Origin: Cyanophora paradoxa CCMP329
Taxonomy: Eukaryota; Plantae; Glaucophyta
Reading direction: 5' to 3'
Assembly: GCA_004431415.1 (NCBI GenBank)
Contig: QPMI01000277.1
Location: 17,383 to 81,382 of the forward strand
Length of the DNA: 64,000 bases
A program made the position numbers and the translations under genes. The notes under the pieces were generated by a model. That model was not told the DNA's origin. It worked only from the letters and a program-made list of their open reading frames with translations, and ran no database searches. Position 1 is the first letter of the stretch. The number at the start of each line of letters is the position of its first letter. Of this stretch, positions 12,601-26,258 are shown piece by piece.

Positions 12601-15600
12601 ATGGTTCGTGCACCTTGGCACTCTGTCTGTCTATCGCTAACAGGGCGGTACGCGCAGGGAAACGCCTTCAAAAAGGACGAGGACAGGTTCGCGCTTGGAC
12701 GTCCTCGTCTTCGCTCTTCCCTCAACCGCGCGGCAGATGGGAAATGCAGTACGTGAAGCCGACGGGCCTCTACTCCGAATGCCACTGGGATGAGAAGGCG
12801 AGCTGCCCGCCGGACCGCTTGGGCTTTTGGCTCTGTATGGGCCGTTTAGTCTCGGGACGCCGGCTGGGACTAACCCTCTGGACTCGGAGAGCTGCTAGCT
12901 ATAGCGCGCTGTGCCGGCTCTTAAGCTTGCAGCAATTAATTCTTTCAAAGATCGTGAAGAAGCTCATCTTGGACCGGAAGCTGGCGCCACGGTATGCCTT
13001 CCATTTCTTTTGCCGCGTTTCTTGTTGTGCAGCTGACGGCTTCGTAGGATGCTCGGTTCGGAGGAGGCGTTTCCTGGATCAGAGGAGTGTCCAATTTGTT
13101 TGCTTCACTATCAGCTCGTGAACAGAAGCCGCTGCTGTAAGAAGCCGATTTGTACGGAATGTTTTCTGCAGATCAAGCGCCCCGTACGCCTCCCGCCGCG
13201 ATTGAAAGCTGGAGCTAAACGCGCTTTGCAGAACTCGGGCCGGACGACGTACTGCCCGTTCTGCAACGCGCATAGATACGGAGTGGTGTACCTGGGGCCG
13301 ATGTCCGAAGACGATCGAAGAAAAGCCCAGGAGGTGCACTGGAGCATCTTCCTTTAACGACAGCCCTGACGCGTTGGGATTGCAGGAGGAACAACGTGTG
13401 CTGGAGCTGAAAATCGCGATGCAGGCGGAGGAGGCGCGCGCTGAGCAGGAACGCGCGCTACGGCGAGCGAAGGATGGTGGCGTGTCGTCTTCACCATCAC
13501 TCACTCATCCTTCCAACCGGGCGGTTAGCTAGCCTTCCATTTTCTTGCGCGATGCCTCCTGCTGATGCTTCTCTGTCAACAGATCCCGTCATCCTCTGCT
13601 TCGCCACACGGAGCGGCCGCGGAGTCGTCACGGGGCTTGGCGCACGGGCGCGGGAGCAATACCGCATCGCCACTCCAGGCCCCGAGCGGGCCGCCGCCAG
13701 AATTCTTCCTGCCCGAGAGCGTTGCGGCGAGGCAGCGGGAGATGGCGTCGCGGCGGGAGCAGGAGAGGAGGGAGCGGGGCGGGGCGGAGGTGCCTGCCTG
13801 GCTGCAGGGCCTGGACGGCGTCGACGTCGACGAGCTGATGCTCATGCAAGCCATCCACCTCTCCCTCCTCGACCAGAGCCCCATCGCCGAGGAACCTCCG
13901 CCCGCCCGCGAGCTCTCCCCCGCCTCGCCCTCGCAGCCGGCCCCGGCCCCGGCCGTGTCCAGCGAGCCCCTGCCCTCCTCTTCGAGCGCGGCCGCCGCGC
14001 CGGCGGCTGCAGTGGCGGTAGCGGCGGCGCGCCTCGCATCGGTACCGTCAGCGGGGGTGGGCAGCCAGACGCCGGAGCGGGAGCGGGAGCGGGAACGGGA
14101 GCGGATGCTCGCCCTCATGCTGGGGGGCGACGAGGCGCCGGCGCCCCGCGTGCAGGCCGAGTCGTCCAGCCAGCGGCGGGCCGGCGGCGGGCCGGCGGGC
14201 CGCGTGCGGCGGTACCTGGCGCGGATGGCGGGCCGCGGGCGGCCGGACGACCGGGACGCCTTCGTCGTGCATGCCGGCGGCTCTGACGACGAAGACGAGG
14301 AGGAAGACGAGGAGGAAGAGGAGCCTGCATACGGCCGGGCCGGTAGCTACAACTACGGATACGAAAGCGATGAGGACAGCGAGCAGCGGCGCGCTGCGGC
14401 GGCGGCCGCAGGCTCGGTGCGGCGCGCGCGGCGGCGATGGGCGAGGGCGCGCGCTGAACGTCGGCGCAGGTGGTGTACGACCCCGAGTTCTTCGACCGGC
14501 ACGGAGCGCACCTCCTCCTGCCCTCGGACCGGGCCGGCAGCAGCCTCGAGGCCCGCGAGGTGAGGCTGCCGAGGGCGCCGCGCCCTTCGCCGGGCTCAGG
14601 CGGCTCAGACGGCGCACGGGCGGGTGGTGGGGTCCGGAGCGCGGCGTCGGGTGGTGTACCGGCGGGATGGAGAGGAGGACGAGGTGGGCGCCGACGACCA
14701 CGAGGGCGGGGGCGACGACGAGGCTCTCTCCCCGATCGCCACCCCGCCCTTCGCCGCCACCGCCGGCGCCTTCGCGGGCGGCTCCCCGCAGCGGCCCGGC
14801 GGAGCCGCCTCGAACCCCGCCCACGGAGGTGCGCCCGCCCAGCGATCTCCGGCCACAGGGCGCCGTCCCCTGGGCGGGGCCCCGTGAACGAGCTGAGCGG
14901 CCCGGGCGGGTCGCAGGGGTGGAGATGGACGAGGAGGCCCAGCTCGCGCTCGCCCTGAGGCTCTCTCTCCTCACGGCCGAGCAAGAGGAGGTCCGCACCG
15001 ATCCGCGGCCGCCCCGCACGCCTGCTCGCCCGGCGCGGCTGGGCTCGCTGACCCGACTCCAGGCGGAGCGGCGGATGCTGGGCGAAGCCGGTGTGCTCCC
15101 GTTGCAGGACGCGGCGCACGAGCAGGACCCCGCGTCATTACTGGCCGGGGCGGCGCCAGCCCCTGCGAACCTCGAGGCGGCATCAACAGCCCCGGCCGAA
15201 GATCGGGGTGCGGCTGCAGCCGGCTCGGGGAGCCCGCGCCAGGCTGCCGTGGCCGAGGATGCGCACGGGGGCGCGGGGTTCGAGGACGCCGCGTTCCCCC
15301 CGTTGGAGGACGCGCAGGTTGGTGTGCTGCCCCGCACACCGTCCCCTCTCCCCAGCCCGCGGCTGGAGACCCTCTCTCCGGGGCTCCTGTCGCGGCCGAT
15401 GGCCTTCGGGGAAGGGCCCAGCAGCCCGCTGGTCATCGCCCCGAGCCCACTTCCGATGTCGCCCGTGCGGCTGAAGTCCGCGCCCCCCAGTGCGACTGTC
15501 TCGGCCTCGCAGCCACCCGCTGCCCCCGACCCCATCTCGTTGCCCTCGGCAGCAGAAACCCATACCGCCTTCGTAGTCGTCATCGCGGACGACGGGCGAG

Positions 15601-15725
15601 GAACAGGCGGCGAATCTTCTTCATCGGAGCCAAGCTACGTGGGGCCCCTCAAGGACCTTCCTTTGGCCGAGCCTCCTCCGGCTCCGGATTTGGATGCGCA
15701 GCCCGCGCAAGAAGAGCAGCAGTAG
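12601..15725 (+). CDS. GW2/DA2/Sip5-like RING E3 ubiquitin ligase
   Basis: ATG then immediate intron (12604-12657) gives MGNAF; YVKPTGLY, KKLILDRKLAP, ECPICLLHYQLVNRSRCCKKPICTECFLQIK, CPFCN, EEQRVLELKI; UIM-like ELMLMQAIHLSL and EEAQLALALRLSL. Confidence 0.9.
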
Positions 15726-15972
15726 TAAAATCTCACGGGGACAAGTGCTCCGTGCTGATATTCTGTCTATCTTTTTTCTTTCTGCTTTTTACATCTTGAC
15801 TAAGGACTGCAAATGATACAAGAAAAAAGCAAACAGCAACGAGAATCAAACGGACTCCGGGAGGGGGGCTCAGGCAGATTAACTGTCGATGCGCATGGCC
15901 CAGTGGAAGTCTTGAACTGGTGGCGAAACATTGTTGATCTGTACACTCGCACAGCTGCCTAGGAAGTGCTGT

Positions 15973-17981
15973 TCACTTGCGCTTTGAAGTCTTCTTGCTC
16001 GCGGCCTTCGAAGTCGATTCCGAATTTACTGCGGCCGATGCTGGGAGAAAATCAGGGAGGGACGAATCCACAGAGAAAAAAAACGCACGCTTGGTGGAGA
16101 GCGCGCCCGCCTCCGGAGGTGGGCTTACTGAATCTTTCCCAGCGGGTGCATTCGTCACACCCACAGAAGATTCCGCATTCGGCTTCAGCACGGCGGCATC
16201 AGAGGAAGACGTTGCCGCAGAGGTTGCCGTTACGGGCTTCTTGGCCGCAGCCTTGTCCGCTGCAGCCTTGGCCTCCGCGGCCGCCTTGGCATCCGCGGCC
16301 ACTTTGGCATCTGCCGCCGCCTTGTCCGCTGCAGCCTTGGCCTCCGCGGCCGCCTTGGCATCCGCCGCCGCCTTGTTCGCTGCAGCTTTGGCCTCCGCGG
16401 CCGCCTTGGCATCCGCCGCCGCCTTGCTTGCTGCAGCCTTGGCCTCCGCGGCCGCCTTGGCATCCGCCGCCGCCTTGCTCGCTGCAGCTTTGGCCTCCGC
16501 GGCTGCCTTTGCATCCGCCGCCGCCTTGTCCGCTGCAGCCTTGGCCTCCGCGGCCGCCTTGGCATCCGCCGCCGCCTTGGTCTCCGCCGCCGCTTTGTCT
16601 GCTGCAGCCTTGGCCTCCGCGGCCGCCTTGTCCGCGGCCTTCTCTATCGCCTTGTGCTCCTCCGCGGCCTTAGCCCTGGCCTCTGCCTCCGCCGCCGCAC
16701 GCAGAGCCTCCTCTTCCTTTCGGCGGCGCTCTTCCTCCTCTTTCTGAAAGAGACATTAAGCGTGCGTGACAACAAAAGATCGGGAGCTCGAGCGCACCTT
16801 TTGGCGACGCTCCTGTTCGAGCTTCACTTCCGCCTCCTCCCGAGCACGGCGAGCGGCTTCACTTTCCGCCGAAGGGGCAGCACCAGAGGGACCCGCCATG
16901 CGCCGGATGCTCGTCTCATATTGCTGAGAAACTGATGTTCAGAATCGAATTGCTCGCACTTGGGAGGCAAACAGCACGCGCACTTTCTGAGAGTCAGATT
17001 CCCCCCACGAAGCGTCGATGGTGATCTCTTCCGAGTCACCATGAGGAATCATTCGGCGATTCTCTTGCACTGACTCCCATTGCAGGATCTCTGCGACGTT
17101 GTCCGTTCGGACCCTGAGACGGTTGTTTAGAAAACAAAATGAGAAAGAAAACACGCGAGTTAGCGAAGGTACATGCCCAAGTAGCGATACAATGTTTAGG
17201 ATACGCTAAGGCGCTCAAGCTGTAGTCTACTCGTCCTTCTCGGCGCTAACTTTATACATCAGGACAATGCGGCGCTCAGGCTTTCGTGCGAGTGCCACGA
17301 TTGCATAAAAGAAAACAAATGAGCGCACTTCACGAACTTGAATCTGAAGAGGGAACCGGTTATGGATGCCAAGTTGAGGAGAGAAAAAGGTCAACGAGGA
17401 AAGACGCACTCGACGGGGTGACCACCGCGCAGATGCAAAGGAGCCTCTGTTCGCCAGATTGGGTATGTATCAGAGCAGGTCTGCGCGCCGAAGCAAGGAA
17501 TCACCAATCGCCGGATTTCGGACGCCCGTCATCAGGGGACCGGGTGCGCGTATCAGCGGCGGCCTATGGCGTTGCATAGAAACTAAATCACTACGGGGGG
17601 CCGGACCATGGAGGTCTGCGCGGCGTATGTCAGACGTCCGGTCAGACCGCGAAGGGCGAGGCGCAAGAGCGCAGGCGCACAGGAGTCTTCCAGCCGCCAA
17701 GGAGCGCATCGTCGCCGCAGATTCCGACGCTCTCTGCCGCGGCCGGCGGAGACATCAGCGCACCGGCCAACGTGCCAACGGTGCGCGGACAACGCTCGCG
17801 GGCCGAAACGGTTTTATGTCAAGCGCTTTGTTGTGGTTTAAATGCTCCAACGCCGCGGTCGGGGTTCCGGGGAGAAATGCCGCGGCGCACCACCAAGCTT
17901 CGTCTCCGCTCTTACGGCAAACTTGACGGCGTAGGTGCTCTTCAGCCCCGGCGCGGCTTCGTTTAGATCGAACGTCCTCAT
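15973..17981 (-). CDS. CBM20 starch/glycogen-binding protein with long Ala/Lys/Glu helical rod
   Basis: Spliced N-terminus VKFAVRAETKLGESVGICGDDALLGGW...YPIW...VEFKFVK...QWESVQENRR...IDASWG matches CBM20; followed by EEEERRRKEEE and (AEAKAAADKAAA)n; 3' end uncertain (a further exon toward ~15800 is possible). Confidence 0.8.
16240..16640 (-). repeat. Coding minisatellite encoding AEAKAAA(D/S/N)KAAADAKAAA units
   Basis: Near-perfect repeats of gcagccttggcctccgcggccgccttggcatccgccgccgccttg. Confidence 0.9.
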
Positions 17982-18080
17982 CGCTGCTTGCTGCAATTAG
18001 CGCTCTGCCTGCCCCTTCTCAGGGGTACGCCCCTAACTGCCTCTTTTCGGGGGTACGTCCCCTAAGCGACCATCGGCTGC

Positions 18081-21000
18081 ATGCCCAGCGCCACGCTCTT
18101 CCAACCAACGTTCAAACCGCGCTTTCCAAGCTTTCCAAGCGCAGTCTTTGCCATCTGCCATTTGGGGTTTGCGCCGGCGGGGTACTTCAGACCGGATTGG
18201 TGGGTACGCGTACGCGAATCGAATGCAGACGCCATCCTTAAGCTTGTTCGCCAAGCTAGCTGCCGTCTAGCGTGCCTTAGGGGAGGAAGCGTGACCGCAT
18301 CGTTCATTCCGGTTCACGATGGAGCTCGATGTGTCTTTTCCGCGCCAGCTGCTCTGGCTCTTGAAGCTCTCAGGTGCGCTACGCCTGCTTTCCATACTGC
18401 GCCGTCCATCAAGCGTGCCGTATGCGTAGAAGCGGCCGACTTCCCCTACCGCCTTCTCCGGCTTGTGCTGAGAGAGAAAGCGATCTTGAACCTGCAACGA
18501 GTCAGCGCGGCGCTGGCTCCTCAGGCTGCGCATGGGGATGTCGACGGGCCGCCGGGCTCGGTTCGCAAGGAGCGCGACGAGCAGCGGACGGAGGTGGCAG
18601 CGGAGATTCAAAGACTGCGGTACGCCGACCGTGTCCCACAACTGCGCCGCGCTACTAGCCTGTAGCTCGGCCACATGCGGCAGCCGCCGCCTCCGCCGCC
18701 GCCGCCGCCGCTGCTGCTGCTGCTGCTGCCGCCGCCGCCGCCGCTAGTGTTGATGCACGGCCACCATCAGGGCTGAGAATCGGAGGGAATTCGTAAGAGC
18801 CTCTCAATGTGCGTCAGAGCCCGAGAGAACCGGCGATTTAGTCTACGCGTGGTCTCTCTAAATGTGAAGCGGGGAAGGATATCTCCAGGAAGTCTCTCAG
18901 GCTCTTGGCAGATATCCAGGAAGGCGGGGCGGGCGGGGCGACGATCCGGGCTGTGGAGGATCGAGCAATCGGCGAATCGCTCGTGCGGCCCCTCGCCATC
19001 CTCAAGGCGCTGCAGGAGGACACGGTCACGGCGGCGGCCCTGCGCAACGCAGCAGGCGATGTGGCGTCTGGCTTTGATGACGCTGAGCTGAAGGAGGTGC
19101 GGGGTTTTTTACGGCCAAGTCTCTGCGGGCGCGCTCAACCTTCCCTCAGCGCCTGATCGCGCACCTGCACACGGAGCTCGTCGCGAATCTGCTACAAGTG
19201 GCCGCGGAGGCGCGGCCTGCGGCAGGGGTCGCGACCCCGGCAGCGTCGCCTGCGAGGACGTTCATGACTCCCGGAGAGAAGGCGCAGCGTTCAACAGAGG
19301 TGCATCCCTCTCCCTTGAGCGCGCCCCTTTCTTCCACGCGACCCCGCGCCGTGCCCGAACATTCGTTCGCTGATCTTCCGCTCTCTTTCAAGGTCCTGCT
19401 CGTTCCGGAGGCACGTGCGACCGTGCCTGCAAGCCCGCCTGCCGCTGGAGCTCAGAACCCTGCCGGCGCCGTGCACCACAAGCGCCGTCTCGAGTTCGAG
19501 GAGCCGAGGCGCCCGCAGGCCGACGCCCACGGCCCTCCTCCGCCCCGTAGCGGGGACGAAGACCGCACCCCACCCGGACAAACAGTTTCAGAAGCTGCCA
19601 GCACAGATGCCTCCATACAGACGATGGCGCTCTCGCCGCAGGCCAGTCCTGCAGCGCCAGCGCATGTCAGCCCCGCGCGGCAGCCAGAGGCGGCAGCAGC
19701 GCGCAAGCCCCAGACAACGGACGCGGCCACGAGCCCGCAGCAGGGCGCCTCAAGGAGTCATGCGTCAACTAGCCCGCTGCCATCCCCCCGGCCTCCGTCG
19801 CCGTCTCCACGCAACGAACCGGCTCTCGAACCACTCGTGTTCGTTCCTGGCGACACCGGGCCAGAGGGCGCACCAGAGAGCGTTCCGACGACGGCGCGGA
19901 GTTCCGAGATCCCGTTCAGCGACAACAGGAGATCCACACACACCCAAACTGAGCACTACGGGCAGTGTGCCTGTCACCCAGACCCGCGATTTGGCCCCTT
20001 GTTCTGACACGAGGACGGGCAGGTGGCTGGTGAGGCTCGCCGTCTCCGAGATAGAACGCCATGGCCAGGACAAGGACATCTCCAGGGCGTTGGAGCGTAT
20101 GAGAGAAAGAGTACGTGCCCAGCTCCAGCGGTCCGGCGCCGGCTGACGCGGATACACGCGGGCAGGTGAAGCAGCTGCACAGGGAACGCGCCGAGGCAGA
20201 GATTCTCGCAGCCAAGGAGCGGGATCAGCGCCAGCAGCTCGAGTTGAAATGTCTGGAGCTCCAGGGCCGGCTTGAGGCGCGCTTCGGACCCGGGGTCCCC
20301 CAAGAGCGTGCTGGCCGCGACGCGACGCGCGGCGAGGGATCGGCGCGGGCGGCCCTGGTCGACGAAGGCGCGCTGGAGAGCAAGATCCGGTGCTCTGCGC
20401 TCGCTTGCGGGGGCGTGCGTTGCGGGGGGCGCTGACATGGCTCGCAGAGAGCTGAGGGCGGAGCGCGCGGTGTCGCAGCGGGATCTGGTGAAGAGCCGCG
20501 CGGAGGCGGAGGCTTTGAGAGCGGAGGCTGCCGAGCGGCAGAGGGAACTCGCGCTCGCGGGCGAGAGAATCGAGGGGCTGAAAAAGGCACTGCAATCCAA
20601 GGTAAGGACGCCGCCGGCCCCGGCCGCGGGGCGTGTCTTAGGGCCGGACAGGGCGAGATGGTGGAGCGGCTCTGCCAGGAGAAGAGCGACGTGAAGGCCC
20701 TCGTCGCCTCCCTCCAGGGCGAGTGGGAGGAGAAGGACACGGGCGCCAGGGCCGCCCAGGTGCCCCCGCCGGCTTCGTCGCGCTCCTCGTCGGCGCCGCT
20801 GCTCCTGACCTGCCCCTTCCACCAGGCGGAGCTCGAGTCGCGCGGCCGGGCCCTGGAGCGTGCGCTTGCTGCGGCTGCGGAGCACGAGCAGAACATCGTC
20901 AGCCTGCGTTCGAGTCTGCGGGAGGCGGCGGCTGCGGCAGCAGCGGCGCAGCGGGACGCGTCTGCGGCGCGGGCGCAGCTGCTGGCCCAGTCTTCAGAAC

Positions 21001-21944
21001 TCACGGTCCTCCGAAAGACGGCGGAGCGGGGCGCGGCGACGCCTGCAGAGCGTGAGTGCGTGGAGTTGCGGGCGGCAGCGACCGAGCTCCAGGTTAGGCT
21101 GCAGGCGGCATCCGCTGCCGCGGAAGAGGCGGCGGGCCTGCGGGCGTCGCTTGAGGCGGCCGAGGGGCGGCTTGCGGCGCTCGAGAGCCGCGAACGGGAG
21201 CTCGAGCTGGCCCGCTCGGAGGCCGTAGCGCGGGCCCAGGAGATTGCCGCGGCGCGCGCAGACCTCCTCCAGCTCTCGGGGCAAGTGGCATCGCTGCGCA
21301 AGGAGGCGGCGGCCCGGGAGGGGCTCCTTGAAGCGGCCCGCTCCGAGATCTCCTCTCTCGAGGCCGAGCTCGCAGACCGGTGCGGGCTTCCCGCCGTCCC
21401 CGCCCGACGCGCGAGCTTGACCGCTTCGCACAGCTACGCGGAACTGATAGCCCACGCGGAGGCATCGGCGTGCGTCCTTTGCTGCTGCGCTGCACGCCTG
21501 CCGCGGGCCGACTCCGGGGCAGGAACGTGGAGAGGCTTCGCTCCGAGCTTGCGGAGAAGCAGGCGGAGACGGCTGGCATCGAGACGATGCTGGGCGAGAA
21601 GGACGAGGAGCTCAACGTCGCCCGCGACCGTCTTAAGGCTCGCGCCCGCCACCCACGTTTCGCCCGCGGCGCAGACGAACCGTCGGGCCGCAGGCGCTCG
21701 AGGCGAGGATTGCGGCGCTGGCCCCGCCGTCGGCACGGTGCGCCCTCAACCATCCCGCGTGACCCCACGCGTTCAGGAACGGCCCTCACCATAACCCCGT
21801 GCCAGCCGCGGTAGCACCTCGCAGCGGGCCGCCGAATCAGAGGTTGGGATTCTGCAGGCGAGCGTGGCCGCCCGGGACGAGAGTATTGCGAAGCTGCGGG
21901 CCGAGCTAGCCCAGGCCCAGGCCGCCATCGTGCGCCCGCGGCCG

Positions 21945-21975
<31 letters not shown>

Positions 21976-22438
21976 CGGCCAGGATCACCCAAGGCCGACG
22001 GCTTTGCACAGGCCAAATACAGGAACGAGCTCGACTCGCGAGAGATCGACGTCGCCCAGCTCAAGTCCGACCTGAAGCTCAATCTCAGCAAGCTTGAGAC
22101 CATGAAGGCGCTGCAAACCCGGCGTACGATTGTCACCTTTATTGTTCCGCTCATCGCCCCGGCAGATCGCACTCGGTGACCTTGGGGCTGAAAACAACCG
22201 CCTGATGCGTACGCCCCCTCGATCTGTTCGCACTCGTGTGCCTGCTTGACCCAGGGAGGCAGGATATGTCAACGAGGCGCAAGAAGCGCGGGCGGCGTTC
22301 GAGAGGCTTAAAAGGGGGAAGGCGAGCTCGGAGATCAAAAGCGCCGAGCTGGCAGAGAGATTGCAGCTAGCGGAGAGCGAGCTGCAGCAGCTTAAAACTC
22401 GAGCGCCCCAGGGATCATCAGGAGTTGCAGCCCGGTAG
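18081..22438 (+). CDS. Large spliced coiled-coil protein of unknown function (possibly centrosomal/cytoskeletal)
   Basis: Chain of + exons with GTGCGG/GTAAGG/GTGCCC donors; Pro/Ser-rich linker at 19200-19960, then long E/A/R/L heptads; TAG 22436-22438; start uncertain. Confidence 0.6.
18683..18744 (+). repeat. Compound (GCC)n(GCT)n(GCC)n microsatellite
   Basis: gccgccgcctccgccgcc...gctgctgctgctgctgctgccgccgcc. Confidence 0.9.
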
Positions 22439-22649
22439 AGATGGCGCCCCCTTCCCCCACACGGCGCCATTTCTTCCGATCCGTTCCCTGCTCCCCCCCT
22501 CCCCTCCCTCGTCCCCCCCCCCCCCCCCCCCCCTTCCCCTACTCCCATCCCCCCCTCTCCCCTACTCTCCATCCCCCCCCCCCCCCTCTCCCCTACTCCC
22601 CCCCCCCCCCCCCCCCCTCCCCCCGCCCTCCAACACCATCTTGCAGTTT

Positions 22650-23515
22650 CGACGGGCCAGCTTTCTTAAACGGCCCACTGGAGAGTCAGACGCGCTTTTG
22701 CAGCAGTGGAGGGGTGGGCTATCGGACGGTGTGGGGGGCCTGGTCGTAAGGGGAGCGGCCGGGCCGGCCGGGGAGTCCGCGCGGCTTGTGGACCCGGGGA
22801 GGAGTAGGTCGCTCGGGGGTTTGCAGGAGGGCGAGCGGGACAGCTGCGCTGTGGGGCGACGGGAGGCTCTTGCGCGGGCTGACCCGCTCTGCCTCGGCGC
22901 GGAGCTTGGACGCAACGAGGGTCCGCGCCGCCGCCGCGGGGTCGGACGAAGGCGGCTTGTCAGGCACCGGCAGCTCGTGGATCGCGACTCCCTCCTCGAG
23001 CTGCGAAGGGCGTCGGCGAAAGAATACCGGACGGGGTCGGGCGGGCGCACTGTGCGGCCGAGCTCGCTGAGGCTGGCCCGGCGGGAGGCCCTCTCGACAG
23101 CGAGCCGCTCGTGGTGGACGGCGGCGGCCGACTTGGCCATGCGGGCGGGCTCCCACGGCAGGCGCTGGCTCCGCGCCGTGTGACGCGCGAGGTCGTGGCG
23201 CGCGGCGACGCTGCTCAGGAACGGGTCCTTTGCGATGAGGCTCGCCGCCCCGCGCGCCGGCGGAAGCGTCACTCCGGGCACCGGCACCCGCCACGCCGCC
23301 TCCTCCCCCTCCCCCTCGGCCGCCACCGACGGCGGGGCCTGAGACCCTTCTTCTGCGCGCGCGTTGGAGCTGCAGCGCGGACAGCCTGCCGCGAAGCGGA
23401 GATCGGGGTCACGCACGGTTGGCGGTAGGGCCCGGCAGGCGGCGGCCGGCGGCAACGAAATGGGCCTCGGCGAGGGAGAGGTGGCGGCCGGTGCCGGTGA
23501 GACGCGCACGCTCAT
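22650..23515 (-). CDS. Hypothetical spliced protein (may be the 3' part of the 23900-25766 gene)
   Basis: Minus-strand coding-like blocks (IAKDPFLSSVAARHDLA, RRASLSELGRT) separated by GTGCGC...CAG introns. Confidence 0.4.
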
Positions 23516-23899
23516 CTTCCTCCGCGATCACCTAAGAATAAAGAAACCCAACTTAAATGAGAAACGATTGCTTCTATATGATCGATAAAACGTGCGAACG
23601 TTCGCCAGGGAGGAGGTTAGCTGCTGGTAGCTCTTCGGCGGGTCTGCGCCCCCGGCCCCCCGCGGGGTCGCGCGGCAGCTGGGGCGGGGGGAGGGAGCGA
23701 TGTACAGGGTTGCCAGTACGCGCGGAGAGCGAAGACGGCTGTCGCGTGCGGGTCCTTGAGCGCCACCGATATGTACCAGGCGCTGCCGGCCCCTTCAGCA
23801 CGGAGCGCCCCGGCGCCTGCCAGCCGCAGCGCCGGCGCCCGCACCAGTTGTTCTGCCGCCCTTTCAGACGGCGAGAGACGAACACGGCACAAATGAGCT

Positions 23900-25766
23900 A
23901 CCTTGTATAGGGGCATCGGGGGGTCAACCTACGCGCCGCCGCCGTCAGATCGCGCCGCGCCGCCCTCGGGGGGCCCACCTGGAGGCGCGTCGACGAGCCG
24001 CCAAGGAACCAGAGGCGGGCGCCGGCCGATGGGACAGCGTGCGCCGGATCGTGCGATATGAAGCACCTGCGTGCAGCGTTCGAGGCGAAGGTGTGAGGGG
24101 GCCGGGGCGCGAACTCGGTCTCGCCCCGTAGGGTCATGTGCTCTGCACCGCGGCGATTAGCGTGTGGGATGCCAGCTCGGGTGATCAACTTCGGTTGCCT
24201 ACGACGAAGGAGCACGCGCCGGCGCCGGTCTTCGAGTCCGCGAACCTGGCCGGCGCCGCGCCGGGGCGAGCGTCGGCCTCGGCGCTGCCGCTTTCTCGCG
24301 GGAGCGCGCACTTGATGCGGTAGGTGCGGGACGGACTCTCCGGCGTGAGCTGCAGTCGCACGTGGCGTCCGGGGACGAGGGCCGTGTACTGGATCGCCGC
24401 CACGCGCAACTGCACCACCGCGTTCGACGCCCCGTTCGACGAGACGGCTGCAGGCGCGCCTGAGGCGACAGCGCGGCGGGCGGCGAGCGGAGGGTGGCCC
24501 CGCGCACCGATATTGAGAACTGAGTTCGGCTGGGGAGCAGGTGAGGAGGGGGCGCGGGCGAGCCGGGCGGGGCCGGGACTCACCACGTAGCGGGGATCGT
24601 CCTCGAGCTGAGCGCGGCGTGAGGCGGGCAAGGCGACTGGTGTGCGGAGAGAAGGGCACCAGGAAGAGGCACGCCGTCTGCAAAGCTCGCACGCTCCACG
24701 AGCCCGAGCTTTCCTATTTAAGGGGGGGGGGGGGGGGGGGGGGGGGGGGCGGTCGCATTAAAGATCAGGAGGGGTCTGGCGGGACGGGCGCGACGGACGG
24801 GCGACGGCGTGTTGTTCGCGAAGGATGCGCAGAGCGTGAACACCGAGTCGCCTGGAATCGTTGAACGGGCGGAAGGGGGAGCGCGAGGCGCGCAGGGGCG
24901 AACCGTGCTTCGGCGCGGTGAAGTGGATGGAGAGAGGAGCCCGTGTCCTCACCGGCACTGAGACGTGCAGCGGCTCCGAGGGATCCTCCGGCATCGGGAG
25001 TGAGCACGAGTCCCCCACGTGGAGAGCTGCGTCGCGGGTTACTGCAGTACCCGGAAGACCAGCGGGAGGGAGAAGGGGGAGGAGTGGAGGGGGGGGGGGG
25101 GGGGGGGGGAGAGGGGGGGGGGGGGGGGGGCAGCGGGCGCACTGCGTCGAGCGGACTCAGAGGGGCCCAGGACGGAGGAGAGGGCCGACGTGAGCTCGGT
25201 GAGCTGCGGAGGAGAGGGTGGCCTCGGAGTGAGCCTCAGGCGGCCATCGCGTCGGCGCTGCGGGAGAAGTGCACCTCCAAATCGAACTGCTCGGAGAAGC
25301 GGAGGAACAAATCGGACAGAGACGAGAACACCGCGAGCGTCAGGGGCCGGCGGGCAGGGGCGACGGAGCCCCTGGCAGCCGAACCTTGCGCCGGGCGGAG
25401 TCCGAGTGCGGGACAAGCAGGCGCCTCGACTTGCTCCCCATTCTCGCCTTCTGCGACTTTTGCTTCTCCTTCATCGCGCGCTCGAAACTACCCCTCGCGT
25501 CCGCCTCCGCCGCCCGGGCCTCGGCCTGTGCGGGGGAAAACGCAAGGGTGGGCTGGCGATGAAAATTGGACGGGTGGGCTCGGCACTTGTGCTTCCTGAT
25601 CGTCATCGGCAGCCGCAGCCCCCTCCCTTAGAATCCGGTCTGCCTTTTCAATCCGGCCCTTGACGCGTTTCAATGTTGCGCTCCTAACCAACTCTTTCGC
25701 CGCTTTGAACACGGATTCGGGAGCGAGATCCGAAGATTTTGCCACGACATTCAGAAGCTCACTCAT
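23900..25766 (-). CDS. Hypothetical spliced protein
   Basis: ATG 25766 (MSELLNVVAKSSDLAPESVFKAAKELVR), downstream exons (NAVVQLRVAAIQYTALVPGRHVRLQL); introns contain poly-C tracts; family not recognised. Confidence 0.55.
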
Positions 25767-26258
25767 ACGAGCGCTGCGAGAACCGAGCGCGTCAGCATAG
25801 GACTGCGTCTTATCATCAGCGTCTTATCCACTCGCCTGAACTGGCTCTCTGTGAGAGAGCCCGACGCGTACACTCCATTCGCCATTCGGCCACGCCCAGC
25901 TCTACCGAACATGCGCTGTCAATTGCAACAAGCGGCCCAGGTGATGGGATCGGCCTGCCTGGCAGTATTGATAGCAAACACAGTCTAGCTACTCACCCGC
26001 CCTCGCACCCGCCGCCCCACTGCTCAGCTGGCTTGCACCTATTTCAGCCGCGGGTCGAGAGAGCCGAGCGATCGACGGCGGCTGACATGTACATGAGCAA
26101 CTGCAAGAGCGACTGCTCAGTTGCGGCTGGCACCCGGAAGGCCCGACGGAGTCGCTGGTCGCCGCAGAGTAGGGGTAGAGACGCGGCGGACGTCGTAGGT
26201 CGGCGTACCCGCTCAACTTGCCGACTTGCAGTGCCAGGGCCGAGCCTGCTCGGCCGCA

